In this document: one piece after another, positions 28,233 through 39,573 of the stretch
Layout: every line of letters starts with the position of its first letter
Numbering within the stretch: the stretch's first letter is position 1
Assembly: GCA_902463725.1 (NCBI GenBank)
Contig: CABQGK010000006.1
Span: 92,121-156,120, forward strand
DNA: 64,000 bases
Source: an uncultured Sutterella sp.
Lineage (GTDB): Bacteria; Pseudomonadota; Gammaproteobacteria; Burkholderiales; Burkholderiaceae_F
Direction: 5' to 3'
The notes under the pieces: model-generated
Told to the model about the DNA's origin: nothing
The model's database searches: none
What the model saw: only the letters and a program-made list of their open reading frames with translations
Position numbers and translations under genes: made by a program

Positions 28233-31055
28233 ATGGACGAAAAAGAGAATAAGGAAGAGTTGGAAGCAGAAGTGCTCGATGATGCAGCGCTTGATGAGGA
28301 TGGCGGCAGTGACGGCGACGGCACGTCTCCGCTTTCCGTGGCGCATGAGCTACTGCCGATTTCTCTTGAGACCGAAATGAAGCAGTCCTATTTGGACTAC
28401 GCTATGAGCGTCATTGTCGGTCGTGCTTTGCCTGACGTCCGTGATGGCTTCAAGCCCGTTCATCGCCGTGTGCTTTATGCCATGAACGAGCTAAAAAACA
28501 CACACAATAACCCCACCAAGAAATCCGCCCGCGTGGTGGGTGAAGTGCTTGGTAAATATCACCCGCACGGGGATAGCGCTGCGTACATGACAGTGGTGCG
28601 TATGGCGCAGCCCTTCTCATTACGCTACCCCCTTATCTACGGTCAGGGGAATTTTGGTTCTATCGACGGCGACAGTCCAGCAGCGATGCGTTATACGGAA
28701 GTACGCCTCATGAAGATCGCGAGCGAAATGCTGGCAGATATTAATGAGGAGACTGTGGACTTTGTGCCAAATTTTGACAACTCCGAACGTGAACCTGTGG
28801 TGCTGCCAACGCGTTTGCCGCAGCTACTGATTAACGGTAGTTCTGGTATCGCTGTAGGTATGGCAACGAGTATTCCGCCGCACAATTTGCGTGAGACCAT
28901 TGTAGCGTGCCTACATTACCTGCACCATCCCGACTGCACGATTGATGATTTGATCAAGTTGATGCCGGCGCCTGACTTTCCCACAGGTGGCATCATTTTC
29001 GGCATTCATGATGTTCACGAGGGGTATCGCACTGGGCGAGGACGCGTGGTGATGCGCGCCCGCACGCATTTTGAAGAGTTTGGACGCGATCGCACGCGAA
29101 TTGTCGTCGATGAAATCCCCTACATGGTCAATAAGCGCATCATGTACGAGAAGATGCATGAACTCGTGCGAGATAAGAAGATCGAAGGTGTCGCGGAAAT
29201 GCGCGACGAATCGAGCTCCAAGATTCGCATCTGCATTGACCTGAAGTCTGGGGTTATGCCCGAGGTTGTACTCAACAACCTCTACAAGATGACGCAGATG
29301 CAAGAAAGCTTTGGCATGAACATGGTGGCGCTCGTTGACGGCCAGCCCACTCTGCTCAACCTCAAGCAGATGATTCTGCACTTTATTGCGCATCGTCGTG
29401 AGGTGGTTACCCGCCGTACCGTTTTCCGTCTGCGAAAGTTCCGCCGCGAAGGCCACTTGTTGGAAGGTCAGGCAGTCGCGCTCAGCAATCTTGACGAGTT
29501 CATCCGTATCATCCGTGCAGCGACCACGCCTGCAGAGGCGGCCGAGCAGTTACTAAGCCGCGGTTGGCCGATGGTGTTCGCTCAAGAACTTGTTAACCGT
29601 AGCCCCTCTGAGATTAAGAAGTTCTACCCTGAGGACATGGATCCTGCGCGCGGCATGCAGAGCGATGGCCTTTATTACCTCACTCGTGCGCAGGTCGATA
29701 GCATTTTGCGTATGAACCTGCGTAGCCTGACGGGGCTTGAACAAGAGGCTGTGCGCAATGAGTACCAACAGGTGCTGCACTCGATTGCGGACTGTTTGGA
29801 TATTTTGGCCAAGCCCGAGCGTGTCAATCACATCATTGGCGAGGAGCTCGAAGCCATTCGTGACGAGTACGGTGACGAGCGTCGCTCGACAGTGGATCCG
29901 CATGGCGATCCGAATTTCAACAAACGCGATCTCATTCCGCGCCGGGAGATGGTGGTTACACTCACTCGCAGTGGCTTTATCAAGAGTCAGGAACTTGATG
30001 ACTACAATGCCCAGATTCGCGGCGGGAAGGGACGCAAAGTCCAGGAAATGACCAAGGATGATGAGATTAACGAACTCTTCATCGCGAATACTCATGATGT
30101 CATCCTCTGCTTCTCGACCATGGGTCGCATGTATCCGATCGACGTGTTTGAGCTGCCCGAAGGTAAGTCAAACGCGCGCGGTCGCCCCATTGTCAACTTG
30201 TTGCCTCTAGAGGCTGGTGAGCAGATCTCGTTCATCCTACCCGTGCAGTCGCTCAATAAGAAGGGACAGTACTTGGTGATGGCGACCGCCAAAGGTGCTG
30301 TTAAGAGAACACCGCTCATTTTGTTCCGTCATGCACGCTTGCGCGGTATTAATGCCATTTCGCTCGCAGAGGATGACCAGCTCATCGGGGTGGCCATTAC
30401 GCATGGTAAGCACGACGTGATGCTCTTTACGGATGCCAATCGTGCTGTTCGCGCTTCGGAAAGTGACTTCCGCCCGCAGGGGCGTACGGCGCGCGGACAA
30501 CGTGGTATCCGTTTGGCTGAGGGACACAAAGTCGTCTCGCTGGTTGTCACCGACAACGAGGACGATCTCATCTTAACCGTCTCGGACAAGGGCTTTGGCA
30601 AGCGCTCTCCTGTGAATATGTTCCCGCGTAAGAAGCGTGGTGGCAAGGGTGTCGTTGCTTTCTCTTCTGCGAACGAAGAGAGAACGGGTCACCTAGTTGC
30701 TGCGGTCACCATCTCCGACGATGACGATGTGATGATTCTTTCGACGGGCGGAAAAGTGATCCGCATGGACGCCTCGACGATTAATATCCACAACCGTATT
30801 GCAAGTGGGGTTCGTCTGATTAACCTCGACGACGATATGGTGCTGTCCGTTCGACGCGCGACTCGTGTTGATGAGGAGCTTCAGGAACGCAAGCAGCCTG
30901 AAGAGGATCAAGACGAAGAAAGCCTCCTCTCAGATGAAGAAGCGTTGCTCGACGCAGAGGAAGAAGCCCTCGATGAGGATCTCGACGAGGAGGATCTCGA
31001 CGAGGACGAGGGGGTTGATATAGACGACGAAGAAGAGAACGAAGACGGCCGCTGA
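28233..31055 (+). CDS. gyrA: DNA gyrase subunit A
   Basis: [31 protein letters not shown], GyrA-box QIRGGKG, pinwheel repeats, acidic tail. Confidence 0.97.
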   Translation: MDEKENKEELEAEVLDDAALDEDGGSDGDGTSPLSVAHELLPISLETEMKQSYLDYAMSVIVGRALPDVRDGFKPVHRRVLYAMNELKNTHNNPTKKSARVVGEVLGKYHPHGDSAAYMTVVRMAQPFSLRYPLIYGQGNFGSIDGDSPAAMRYTEVRLMKIASEMLADINEETVDFVPNFDNSEREPVVLPTRLPQLLINGSSGIAVGMATSIPPHNLRETIVACLHYLHHPDCTIDDLIKLMPAPDFPTGGIIFGIHDVHEGYRTGRGRVVMRARTHFEEFGRDRTRIVVDEIPYMVNKRIMYEKMHELVRDKKIEGVAEMRDESSSKIRICIDLKSGVMPEVVLNNLYKMTQMQESFGMNMVALVDGQPTLLNLKQMILHFIAHRREVVTRRTVFRLRKFRREGHLLEGQAVALSNLDEFIRIIRAATTPAEAAEQLLSRGWPMVFAQELVNRSPSEIKKFYPEDMDPARGMQSDGLYYLTRAQVDSILRMNLRSLTGLEQEAVRNEYQQVLHSIADCLDILAKPERVNHIIGEELEAIRDEYGDERRSTVDPHGDPNFNKRDLIPRREMVVTLTRSGFIKSQELDDYNAQIRGGKGRKVQEMTKDDEINELFIANTHDVILCFSTMGRMYPIDVFELPEGKSNARGRPIVNLLPLEAGEQISFILPVQSLNKKGQYLVMATAKGAVKRTPLILFRHARLRGINAISLAEDDQLIGVAITHGKHDVMLFTDANRAVRASESDFRPQGRTARGQRGIRLAEGHKVVSLVVTDNEDDLILTVSDKGFGKRSPVNMFPRKKRGGKGVVAFSSANEERTGHLVAAVTISDDDDVMILSTGGKVIRMDASTINIHNRIASGVRLINLDDDMVLSVRRATRVDEELQERKQPEEDQDEESLLSDEEALLDAEEEALDEDLDEEDLDEDEGVDIDDEEENEDGR

Positions 31056-31095
31056 TTGTGCGTAGCATGGCTGCCAAGAAACGGGAGAATGAAAC

Positions 31096-32178
31096 GTGGA
31101 TAAGACGGAATTCAATTTTTCCGCAGGACCAGCCATGCTGCCTGCAGAGGTTGTCGACAATCTGGCACGGGCCTGCGTCGATTGTGAGGGCAGTGGACTC
31201 TCCCTGTTTGAACTTGGACACCGAACCAAACTGTTTGGCACGGTGCTCGATGAGCTGATCGAGAGGGTGCGTCGCACGCTCAATGTGCCCGATGGGTTCG
31301 ACGTTCTTTTTAGTCCGGGCGGCGGGACAATGCAGTTTTCAGCGGTTCCGCTTAACCTCTGCACACAAGGTTGCCGTGGGGCTTATGTCGTGACTGGACA
31401 TTGGTCTCGGGCTGCCTATAGTGAGGCGAACCGAATCACGTCTGCCTATCTGCTTTGGAATGGGGGCAACGCGCCGCTACCCACGGCCCGTATGGAGCCC
31501 GCACGTGGGACAGACTTTGTTTTTTACTGCGACAATGAGACGATCGACGGTAAAGAGTTTCCTACGCCTCCAGAGCTCATCAAGGGTGATGCGGCCTTGG
31601 TGGCCGATATGTCCTCCAACATTCTTTCGCGCCCCATTGACTGGTCATTGCACGATGTGGTGTTCTCCTCACTGCAGAAAAATCTTGGTACGGCGGGGGC
31701 TAGCCTCATTGTGGTGCGTCGAGATCTTTATGGCTCCATTAGCGAGCGCACGCCCGCGCTGCTCAATTGGCAAAAACTTGCGCGAGCGGGCAGTATGCCT
31801 AATACGCCCCCAGTGGTAGCGCTCTATACAGCGCTTTTAATGTTGCGCTGGCTGGAGCGCGAGGGTGGTGTGGCAGTGATGGCAGAGCGTGCCCTTGAGC
31901 GCTCGAGCGTGCTATATCGAGCGCTGGATGCCGCCCGCCCCTTTTACACTGCTATGGTTAGCGAGTCGGTGCGAAGCCGCATGAATGTGGTGTTTGATCT
32001 ACCGACGGAGCGCTTGCGAGAACTCTTCATCGCAGAGGCTTCGCAAAAAGGACTCAAGAACTTAGCTGGTCACCGAACCCGTGGCGGCATCCGTGCCTCC
32101 CTCTATAACGCGATGCCTGTTGCAGGTGCTCAGGCACTTGCTAGCTTCATTACTGAGTTTGCTAAGCGTCATGCCTGA
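31096..32178 (+). CDS. serC: Phosphoserine aminotransferase
   Basis: FNFSAGPAMLP, NETIDG, QKNLG, GHRTRGGIRASLYNA. Confidence 0.95.
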   Translation: MDKTEFNFSAGPAMLPAEVVDNLARACVDCEGSGLSLFELGHRTKLFGTVLDELIERVRRTLNVPDGFDVLFSPGGGTMQFSAVPLNLCTQGCRGAYVVTGHWSRAAYSEANRITSAYLLWNGGNAPLPTARMEPARGTDFVFYCDNETIDGKEFPTPPELIKGDAALVADMSSNILSRPIDWSLHDVVFSSLQKNLGTAGASLIVVRRDLYGSISERTPALLNWQKLARAGSMPNTPPVVALYTALLMLRWLEREGGVAVMAERALERSSVLYRALDAARPFYTAMVSESVRSRMNVVFDLPTERLRELFIAEASQKGLKNLAGHRTRGGIRASLYNAMPVAGAQALASFITEFAKRHA

Positions 32179-33019
32179 AATAAAAACTTCCTTGAGCGGG
32201 CCCATTTCCTATCTTGGTCCAGCCGGTACTTTTTCTGAAGAAGCAGTGTTGCGTATCTTTTCCGAGGAAAAACCGCGTCTGCCGTGTCCGTCCTTTGATG
32301 AAGTGCTGCAAAGTGTGGTGGATGCTCGCGCGGAGGCGGGGGTTATTGCCATTGAAAATAACACCAATGGGACGGTTACCCACGCAATTGATCTACTCCT
32401 TGATACACCGCTCTCTATTGCCGGCGAGGTAACCGTGCCCGTCGTACACAATTTGATGGGCCGAGCAGGCACGCTAGAGCGTGTGCGCGTCGTGTATGCG
32501 CATGCACAGGCGCTCGCGCAATGTGCGCATTGGCTCAGCACGCATGTTCCTGAGGCGATTCAAGTGCCAGTGGCGTCAAACGCCGAAGGCGTTCGTCGTG
32601 CGGCTCAGGAGGAGGGCGCAGCTGGCATTGCTGCTCTTAGGGCAAGCACGCTTTATGCCACGCCGCTTATTGCCTGTGGCATACAAGATGGGCTCAGCAA
32701 CCAGACCCGATTTTTGCTAATGAGTGCTCGCTCAGACGTGCTCGAGATCGAGGCACCTATTCGTTGGAAGACCAGCATCGTGTTCTCGGTTCCCAATCGT
32801 CCAGGCGCACTCTACGATGTACTCTCACACTTGGCCGAGCATGGCGTGCAGATGGTCCGCATTGAAAGCCGTCCTGCACGTAACGGGGCATGGGACTACA
32901 ATTTTTACATTGATCTTGAGGGGCATGTGGCGTGTGAAAATGTGCACACTGCGCTTCTCAAAGTGGAGGAGACAGCCGACTTCTACCGTTCGTTCGGCTC
33001 CTACCCCGTGCTTCAGTAG
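32171..33019 (+). CDS. pheA: Prephenate dehydratase (PDT + ACT only)
   Basis: YLGPAGTFSEEA, IENNTNG, NQTRFL, RIESRP; start ATG 32171 overlaps the serC stop. Confidence 0.92.
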   Translation: MPEIKTSLSGPISYLGPAGTFSEEAVLRIFSEEKPRLPCPSFDEVLQSVVDARAEAGVIAIENNTNGTVTHAIDLLLDTPLSIAGEVTVPVVHNLMGRAGTLERVRVVYAHAQALAQCAHWLSTHVPEAIQVPVASNAEGVRRAAQEEGAAGIAALRASTLYATPLIACGIQDGLSNQTRFLLMSARSDVLEIEAPIRWKTSIVFSVPNRPGALYDVLSHLAEHGVQMVRIESRPARNGAWDYNFYIDLEGHVACENVHTALLKVEETADFYRSFGSYPVLQ

Positions 33020-33040
33020 ACGCGCTGGGAAATCCCTTGC

Positions 33041-34192
33041 ATGGAGGAACTGTCTGTGAATACCCCCCCGATTGCTAATGCAGAAGTGGCTCGTATTGCG
33101 CCATATGACCCTGGCAAGCGCCTCGAAGAGGTCTCTGAGGAGATTGGCGTACGGCTTGATCGGCTGATGCTACTGAATGCCAATGAAAATCCTCTTGGAG
33201 CATCGCCCACGGTTGGCGCTGCGGTAACTGAAGCCCTCGCCCAGATGAACCGATATCCTGATGGTGGCGCCTTTGCTTTACGTGATGCTATCGCACAAAA
33301 GTTTGAGGTCAAGCCTGACGAGGTCATCGTTGGTAATGGTTCGGACGAACTGCTCGGGTTGGTCGCCGCGGCATATCTCGATAAAGGGCGACGTTGTGTT
33401 TTCTCTGCACTCAGTTTTTCTGTCTATCGTTTGGTGGCGCAAGCTCGTGGCGCGGAATGTGTTGAAGTTGCAGTAAAGGACGATTTTGGTTACGACTTAC
33501 CTCGGCTCGTGGCTGAAGCACAAAAACCCGAGACCTCGGTGCTTTTTCTAACGAATCCGAACAACCCGACGGGACTTTTGCTAGAACCCGAGGCACTTGA
33601 AAAAGCGCTCGATGAGATTCCCGAAAGTGTGTTGGTGGTGCTTGATGAAGCGTATCGTGAGTTTGCGGATGCCGAGCAGTTTGAGGCTGTGCGCACGATT
33701 ATCGCTCGTCATCCCAACGTGCTCGTGACTCGTACTTTCAGTAAGGCCTATGGTTTGGCGGGTTTCCGTGTGGGCTATGGCATTGCGGATGCCGCGCTCA
33801 TCGAGATGCTCAACCGTATCAGACCTCCTTACAACGTCAATCGCTTGGCACAAGCGGCGGCTGTCGCAGCCATTCGCGATGAGGCGTTTCTCGCAGAAAC
33901 CGTCGCCAATAATGGCGCGGTGAGAGCTAGATTGCTCGAAGCGCTAGAGGGCTTGAAGTTGCGGGCATTGCCAAGCCAGACAAACTTTGTGATGGTGCAG
34001 GTGCCTGAAGCCGCACGTGTGCTTAAAGAGCTCAGGGACGCTGGCATTTTGGTGCGCTCTTTGGCAAGTTATGGTCTTAACGACTGGATCCGTATCAGTA
34101 TTGGTCGCCCCATGGAGATTGAGTGCCTACTTGATGTACTCGCTAGCACGCTTCGCATGATTCGCCGTAGCTCAGAACCCAAGTATTTTTGA
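33041..34192 (+). CDS. hisC: Histidinol-phosphate/aromatic aminotransferase
   Basis: LNANENP, GNGSDE, NPNNPTG, DEAYREF, RTFSKAYGLAGFRVGY. Confidence 0.93.
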   Translation: MEELSVNTPPIANAEVARIAPYDPGKRLEEVSEEIGVRLDRLMLLNANENPLGASPTVGAAVTEALAQMNRYPDGGAFALRDAIAQKFEVKPDEVIVGNGSDELLGLVAAAYLDKGRRCVFSALSFSVYRLVAQARGAECVEVAVKDDFGYDLPRLVAEAQKPETSVLFLTNPNNPTGLLLEPEALEKALDEIPESVLVVLDEAYREFADAEQFEAVRTIIARHPNVLVTRTFSKAYGLAGFRVGYGIADAALIEMLNRIRPPYNVNRLAQAAAVAAIRDEAFLAETVANNGAVRARLLEALEGLKLRALPSQTNFVMVQVPEAARVLKELRDAGILVRSLASYGLNDWIRISIGRPMEIECLLDVLASTLRMIRRSSEPKYF

Positions 34193-34210
34193 TTACCAGC
34201 AGGAATCTTC

Positions 34211-34873
34211 ATGAAAGACACAATCCCCGTCATCACTTTGGACGGACCAGCGGCTAGCGGAAAAGGGACGATTGCCGAGAGAATTGCCACAGAACTAGGT
34301 TTCCACTACCTCGACAGTGGAGCGCTCTACCGGATTGCTACCTATGCTGCCCTCAAGCGCCATATCGATCTTGATGATCACGATAAGTTGGTGGCGCTCG
34401 TCCAAGATCTAAAGCCACGCTTTGAACAGGGCGAGATTTGGCTCGACGGTGAACGCATCACAACCGAGATCCGTAGCGAACGTGTCTCGAGTGCGACGAG
34501 CCAAGTCGCGGCGGTGCCTGCGGTTCGTACTGCATTGACGGCCCTACAACTCGCAGCAGCACGTGCCCCTGGGCTCGTTGCAGACGGCCGCGATATGGGG
34601 ACTGTGATCTTTCCTAACGCTGCTCTGAAAGTCTTTATGACTGCGTCCGCTCGGGTGCGTGCAGAGCGTCGCTACAAGCAACTTCTTGCTCGAGGTGAAT
34701 CGGCCGACCTAGAGGCTATTACGGCAGACCTTGAAGCGCGAGATTTGCGAGACTCTCAACGTAGCACCGCGCCGCTAAAGCCAGCACCCGATGCGCATAT
34801 CCTCGATACGTCAGCGATGAGCATTGAGGAGGTTGTAAAAAAAATCCTCCTTTGGTGGACTGAACGCGCCTAA
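34211..34873 (+). CDS. cmk: Cytidylate kinase
   Basis: DGPAASGKGT, LDSGALYR, DGRDMGTVIFP. Confidence 0.97.
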   Translation: MKDTIPVITLDGPAASGKGTIAERIATELGFHYLDSGALYRIATYAALKRHIDLDDHDKLVALVQDLKPRFEQGEIWLDGERITTEIRSERVSSATSQVAAVPAVRTALTALQLAAARAPGLVADGRDMGTVIFPNAALKVFMTASARVRAERRYKQLLARGESADLEAITADLEARDLRDSQRSTAPLKPAPDAHILDTSAMSIEEVVKKILLWWTERA

Positions 34874-35007
34874 TGTCGTAACATAACTGATCTGTTTTTC
34901 CGCCGCCTCTCCTTGAGAGAGACGGCCTTTTTATCAACTCCGCCCAAAGAAAAGGTCATTTACTTTTAGCGTCCTTTCTGCGGGTGTGCTTTTTATTCTT
35001 TTCCTAA
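34874..35007 (+). promoter_or_regulatory. rpsA 5' leader, U-rich with no SD
   Basis: CTTTTTATTCTTTTCCTAA directly before ATG; SD-less structured rpsA leaders are known in proteobacteria. Confidence 0.4.
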
Positions 35008-36702
35008 ATGACCAACGAAATCAACAAGCCCGAATCTTTCGCTGAACTCTTTGCTGAGAGCGAAAACAACCAGACGATGCGTCCTGGTTCCGTGATCACC
35101 GCTGAAGTGATCCGTGTCGAACACAGCTTCGTCGTCGTCAACGCCGGCCTCAAGAGCGAAGCGTACGTGCCCATCGATGAGTTCAAGAACGATCTCGGTG
35201 AAATCGACGTTCACGAAGGCGATTTCATCTCCGTGGCCATCGAAAGCGTTGAAAACGGTTTCGGCGACACGATCCTCAGTCGCGAAAAGGCCAAGCGTCT
35301 CGCTGCTTGGATGAACCTCGAACAGGCGCTCGAATCTGGTGAACTCGTCACCGGTACTGTTACGGGCAAGGTCAAGGGCGGTCTCACCGTCATGACCAAT
35401 GGCATCCGTGCCTTCTTGCCGGGCTCCCTCGTGGATACCCGTCCTGTCAAGGATACGACGCCTTATGAAAACAAGACCTTCGAATTCAAGGTTATCAAGC
35501 TTGACCGTAAGCGCAACAACGTCGTGGTTTCCCGCCGCGCCGTGATCGAAGCCAACATGGGCGAAGAACGCGCCAAGTTGCTCGAAACGCTGCAGGAAGG
35601 CGCTATCGTCACCGGTATCGTCAAGAACATCACCGACTACGGTGCCTTCGTTGATTTGGGCGGCATCGACGGTCTTCTCCACATCACCGACCTCGCTTGG
35701 CGTCGTGTGCGTCACCCGAGCGAAGTGGTTCAGGTTGGTCAGGAACTCCAGGCTAAGGTCCTCAAGTTCGACAAGGAAAAGAACCGCGTCTCCCTCGGCC
35801 TCAAGCAGCTCGGCGAAGATCCGTGGATTGGTATCGCCCGCCGTTACCCGCAGGGTACCCGTCTCTTTGGCAAGGTCACGAACATCACCGAATACGGTGC
35901 TTTCGTTGAAGTCGAAGCGGGTATCGAAGGTCTTGTGCACGTCTCCGAAATGGATTGGACGAACAAGAACGTTGACCCGCGCAAGGTTGTGCAGCTCGGC
36001 GACGAAGTCGAAGTCATGGTCCTCGATATCGACGAAGATCGTCGTCGTATCTCGCTCGGCATGAAGCAGTGCCGTCCGAATCCGTGGGAAGATTTCGCTC
36101 AGTCCCACAAGAAGGGTGACAAGGTTAGCGGCCAGATCAAGTCGATCACCGATTTCGGTGTCTTCATCGGCTTGCCTGGTGGTATCGATGGCCTCGTTCA
36201 CCTCTCTGACCTCTCTTGGAATGAAGCCGGCGAAGAAGCCGTCCGTCAGTACAAGAAGGGCGACGAAGTTGAAGCCGTTGTGCTCGGTATCGATACGGAA
36301 CGTGAACGTATCTCGCTTGGCATCAAGCAGCTCTCTGGCGATCCGTTCAACAACTTTGCTTCTGAACACGACAAGAACACCGTCGTGACCGGTACGGTCA
36401 AGAGCGTTGACGCTAAGGGCGCTGTGATTGACCTCGGCAACGACGTCGAAGGTTATCTGCGCGTGAGCGAAATCTCCTCCGAACGTGTTGAAGATGCGAC
36501 GACCCGCCTCGCCGAAGGCCAGCAGATCGAAGCGCTTGTGATCAATATCGATCGCAAGAACCGTAGCATCCAGCTCTCTATCAAGGCTAAGGACGCTGCT
36601 GAAGCTCGCGATGCGCTTGACCGTATCAACAACGAAGAAGATGCGGCTTCTGGTACGACGAGCCTTGGTGCTCTTCTCAAGGCCAAGCTGGAACAGAAGT
36701 AA
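35008..36702 (+). CDS. rpsA: 30S ribosomal protein S1
   Basis: ESFAELF, six S1 repeats ([18 protein letters not shown] etc.). Confidence 0.98.
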   Translation: MTNEINKPESFAELFAESENNQTMRPGSVITAEVIRVEHSFVVVNAGLKSEAYVPIDEFKNDLGEIDVHEGDFISVAIESVENGFGDTILSREKAKRLAAWMNLEQALESGELVTGTVTGKVKGGLTVMTNGIRAFLPGSLVDTRPVKDTTPYENKTFEFKVIKLDRKRNNVVVSRRAVIEANMGEERAKLLETLQEGAIVTGIVKNITDYGAFVDLGGIDGLLHITDLAWRRVRHPSEVVQVGQELQAKVLKFDKEKNRVSLGLKQLGEDPWIGIARRYPQGTRLFGKVTNITEYGAFVEVEAGIEGLVHVSEMDWTNKNVDPRKVVQLGDEVEVMVLDIDEDRRRISLGMKQCRPNPWEDFAQSHKKGDKVSGQIKSITDFGVFIGLPGGIDGLVHLSDLSWNEAGEEAVRQYKKGDEVEAVVLGIDTERERISLGIKQLSGDPFNNFASEHDKNTVVTGTVKSVDAKGAVIDLGNDVEGYLRVSEISSERVEDATTRLAEGQQIEALVINIDRKNRSIQLSIKAKDAAEARDALDRINNEEDAASGTTSLGALLKAKLEQK

Positions 36703-36728
36703 TCAACGCTTTGTGAAAGAGGTACACC

Positions 36729-37043
36729 ATGGCTGAAGTCCTTATCAGGTCTCAACTGGTGGCATCGATTTCCGAACGCCTGTTGGTTCGCGAAAAACTC
36801 GTCCAGGAAATTATGCAATTTGTCCTGGACGAGGTACGCACTGCACTGGTGGCGGGCAAGCGCGTAGAGATACGTGGTTTCGGTGTGTTTACACCTAAAT
36901 ACCGCCCCAGCCGCAATGCTCGCAACCCCAGCAACGGCGAGTTGGTTGTCGTCCCGCCGCGTTACATCATCCAGTTCCGCCCAGGCAAACGGATGCGTGA
37001 ATCGGTGGACTTCCATCGGAACGTTGAGAACGCGGAGCAGTAG
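36729..37043 (+). CDS. ihfB: Integration host factor beta/HU family (divergent)
   Basis: RVEIRGFGVF, RNARNP, FRPGKRMRE; position after rpsA. Confidence 0.8.
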   Translation: MAEVLIRSQLVASISERLLVREKLVQEIMQFVLDEVRTALVAGKRVEIRGFGVFTPKYRPSRNARNPSNGELVVVPPRYIIQFRPGKRMRESVDFHRNVENAEQ

Positions 37044-37126
37044 GCCTGACAGCGGACCGCTCTGCGGCAATAAAGGCTGCGTGGACATGTTCACGCGGCC
37101 TTTTTAGTTGATATTTTTCGAGTGAT

Positions 37127-38329
37127 ATGGAATCCGAACTTTGGTATCTCGTCTTCATCCCCATCCTCTTTGTCGCAGGTTGGTGGGCCAAGGGGCTAGA
37201 CATGCGCGAACGCGATCGCTCGGCGATGAATTTGCCCGATGTCTATGCTAGAAGTGTGACGCTTTTGGCAGGCGAACATCCTGAACGTGCGGTTGACGCG
37301 TTGATTGAAGCGATCCGCTTAGACCCTGATCTCATTGAACTGCATCATGTGCTCGGTGCGCTTTTTCGGCGTCGTGGAGAGTTCGAACGTGCGATACGCT
37401 TACATAGTCACTTAGTCAACCGCGAGGATATCCCTGAGGCAGACCGTGTGCGAGCGCTGAAAGAGTTGGGTGAGGATTACATGCGGGCGGGGCTCTTCGA
37501 TCGTGCTGAGGATACGTATCGCAAACTCATGGAGAATCCTTCAGAGCACCTCACGGCTTTGAATGCGCTGCTCTCTATCTACTGCATTGAGCATGAGTGG
37601 ACGAGTGCCATTGATATTTCACATCGCCTCGAAGTGCAGGCGGGGCTCGATTTGGCGCACCCCATATCGCACTACTACTGTGAACTCGCTCAGCTTGCGG
37701 TGCAACAGAAAGAAATTCCGCTTGCACAGGAGCATCTGACCCGGGCGCTCGAGAAGTGGCCCCTATCACCACGCGCCAATATCGCAATGGGTATGCTGCA
37801 ACTCTCTCAGGGCGATGAAGAAGCTGCGCTTAAGCGCTGGCAGGATGTTGCTCGCCAGAGTCCCGACTATTTGCCGCTTGTCATTGGACAGATTGCTGAT
37901 CTGCTCGATAAGCGTGGTGAAAGAGCGCGTGCGCTGGAACTTTTGCATGAGGCCATCGCTAGCAGTACGCAGACTGATGTGCTCTCTGCCGCGATACGTC
38001 GACTTGCCGCTTGGGAAGGGCGGGATGCTGCGCTTTCGAGCGTCATTGCTTTGCTGAAGTCTCGGCCCACACTAGCCATCTTTACGCAGATGATGCAGTT
38101 GCGACTCTCGGACAACCCCAACGACGAAGAAACCAAGCTGCTCGTGGCACTACTTGAGAAACAAGCGAAGAAAGAGAGCCGCTACCAGTGTGCAAAGTGT
38201 GGCTTTATGGCCTCGTCCTTTTCTTGGCACTGCTTGAGCTGTGAGAGCTGGGATAGCTTCCCTCCGCGGCGTACGACAGATCCGAAGCCTGGTGCGGAAC
38301 CGAATGCAGGCTCTGCGGGCTTAATGTAA
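37127..38329 (+). CDS. lapB: LPS assembly protein B (TPR + rubredoxin)
   Basis: N-terminal TM, LFRRRGEFERAIRLH, DYMRAGLFDRAE, CAKCGF...CLSCESW. Confidence 0.93.
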   Translation: MESELWYLVFIPILFVAGWWAKGLDMRERDRSAMNLPDVYARSVTLLAGEHPERAVDALIEAIRLDPDLIELHHVLGALFRRRGEFERAIRLHSHLVNREDIPEADRVRALKELGEDYMRAGLFDRAEDTYRKLMENPSEHLTALNALLSIYCIEHEWTSAIDISHRLEVQAGLDLAHPISHYYCELAQLAVQQKEIPLAQEHLTRALEKWPLSPRANIAMGMLQLSQGDEEAALKRWQDVARQSPDYLPLVIGQIADLLDKRGERARALELLHEAIASSTQTDVLSAAIRRLAAWEGRDAALSSVIALLKSRPTLAIFTQMMQLRLSDNPNDEETKLLVALLEKQAKKESRYQCAKCGFMASSFSWHCLSCESWDSFPPRRTTDPKPGAEPNAGSAGLM

Positions 38330-38654
38330 TGTCTACAGTCGGAGGTGCCATGCTTACGATGTGTATGTCTGGCTCTCAGTGCCTCTGCACACGAAGGAGA
38401 GGGCGGAGGTTGACCACAGAGAACACGCGTAGCGTGTTGATGGTTTCCTATTAGATACCACAATGAATTGTTACAAGTACAGCCACGCAGAAATTTGAGT
38501 TAAGCATCACGCTACCCTAGAATTTTCAAATACCTGCTAACCCTACGTTGTTTGTGGATTTCGTCCTGCGAATCTCCGCAGAGAGTGAGGTCGAACCGAC
38601 ACACATGACCTAGTGGCATGGTCTGTCAAGAATAAAAAGGATATCTGACTACAT

Positions 38655-39554
38655 ATGTTGAAGCGCATTGGTTTTCTGTTTTTGGCGAATTTGGGCGTTT
38701 TTATCGTTCTGTCCGTCGTTCTGAATATCATCTCGATGGTGTTTGGCATCAATTTTGGCCGTATGGCTGGTGCCAATCTCCAGTTAGGAACGTTGTTCGT
38801 CTTCTCGATGGTCGTGGGCTTCACGGGCTCGATCATCTCTTTGTTGATGAGCAAGACCATGGCAAAAATGAGCATGGGCTTGCAGATGATCAATGTGGAT
38901 AATCCTGCCCCTGGTTTGGAGAGCTGGATTGTCAATGTTGTGCGCCGTCAGAGTGAGAAGGCTGGCATTCCGATGCCTGAAATTGGCATTTACGAAGGCG
39001 AGCCCAATGCTTTTGCGACGGGCCCCTCTGCGAGCAGCTCGCTCGTAGCAGTCTCGACAGGATTGCTCAATCTGATGAATGAGCAAGAGGTTGAGGCTGT
39101 CATTGGCCACGAACTCTCGCATGTGAAAAATGGCGATATGGTCACGCAGACGCTCCTGCAAGGGGTTGTCAATACGTTCGTCTTCTTCTTTGCACGTGTT
39201 ATCGGTTGGGTGGTTGACCGTACGGTGTTGGGTAACCGCGAAGATGCCCCTGGCATGGGTTACTACATTACGGCGATGGTGATGGATATCTGCCTCGGGT
39301 TCCTTGCTTCGTTGGTGGTTGCCTACTACTCTCGCTGGCGTGAGTACCATGCAGACGCTGGCAGTGCTGAGATTCTTGGATCGAGCACGCCGATGGTTAA
39401 TGCGCTCAAGCGCTTGGGTAGCATCCAGCCTGAAGAGCTTCCTGGCACGATGAAGGGCTTCGGCATCTCTGGTGGAATTGGTTCGCTTTTCGCGACACAC
39501 CCGCCGCTTGAAGACCGTATCCGTGCGCTCGAAGAAAAGCGCTACCTCAAGTAA
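38655..39554 (+). CDS. htpX: Membrane zinc protease HtpX
   Basis: PNAFATG, HELSHVKNGDMVT, REYHAD, THPPLEDRI. Confidence 0.96.
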   Translation: MLKRIGFLFLANLGVFIVLSVVLNIISMVFGINFGRMAGANLQLGTLFVFSMVVGFTGSIISLLMSKTMAKMSMGLQMINVDNPAPGLESWIVNVVRRQSEKAGIPMPEIGIYEGEPNAFATGPSASSSLVAVSTGLLNLMNEQEVEAVIGHELSHVKNGDMVTQTLLQGVVNTFVFFFARVIGWVVDRTVLGNREDAPGMGYYITAMVMDICLGFLASLVVAYYSRWREYHADAGSAEILGSSTPMVNALKRLGSIQPEELPGTMKGFGISGGIGSLFATHPPLEDRIRALEEKRYLK

Positions 39555-39573
39555 AGCGTTATAGGCTCAAATC

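Noticed and set aside
34993..36369. 458-aa antisense ORF over rpsA (likewise 25612..26406, 38784..39500, 57005..57940)
   Set aside because: In-register antisense ORFs are expected from codon bias of highly expressed genes; no protein motifs.
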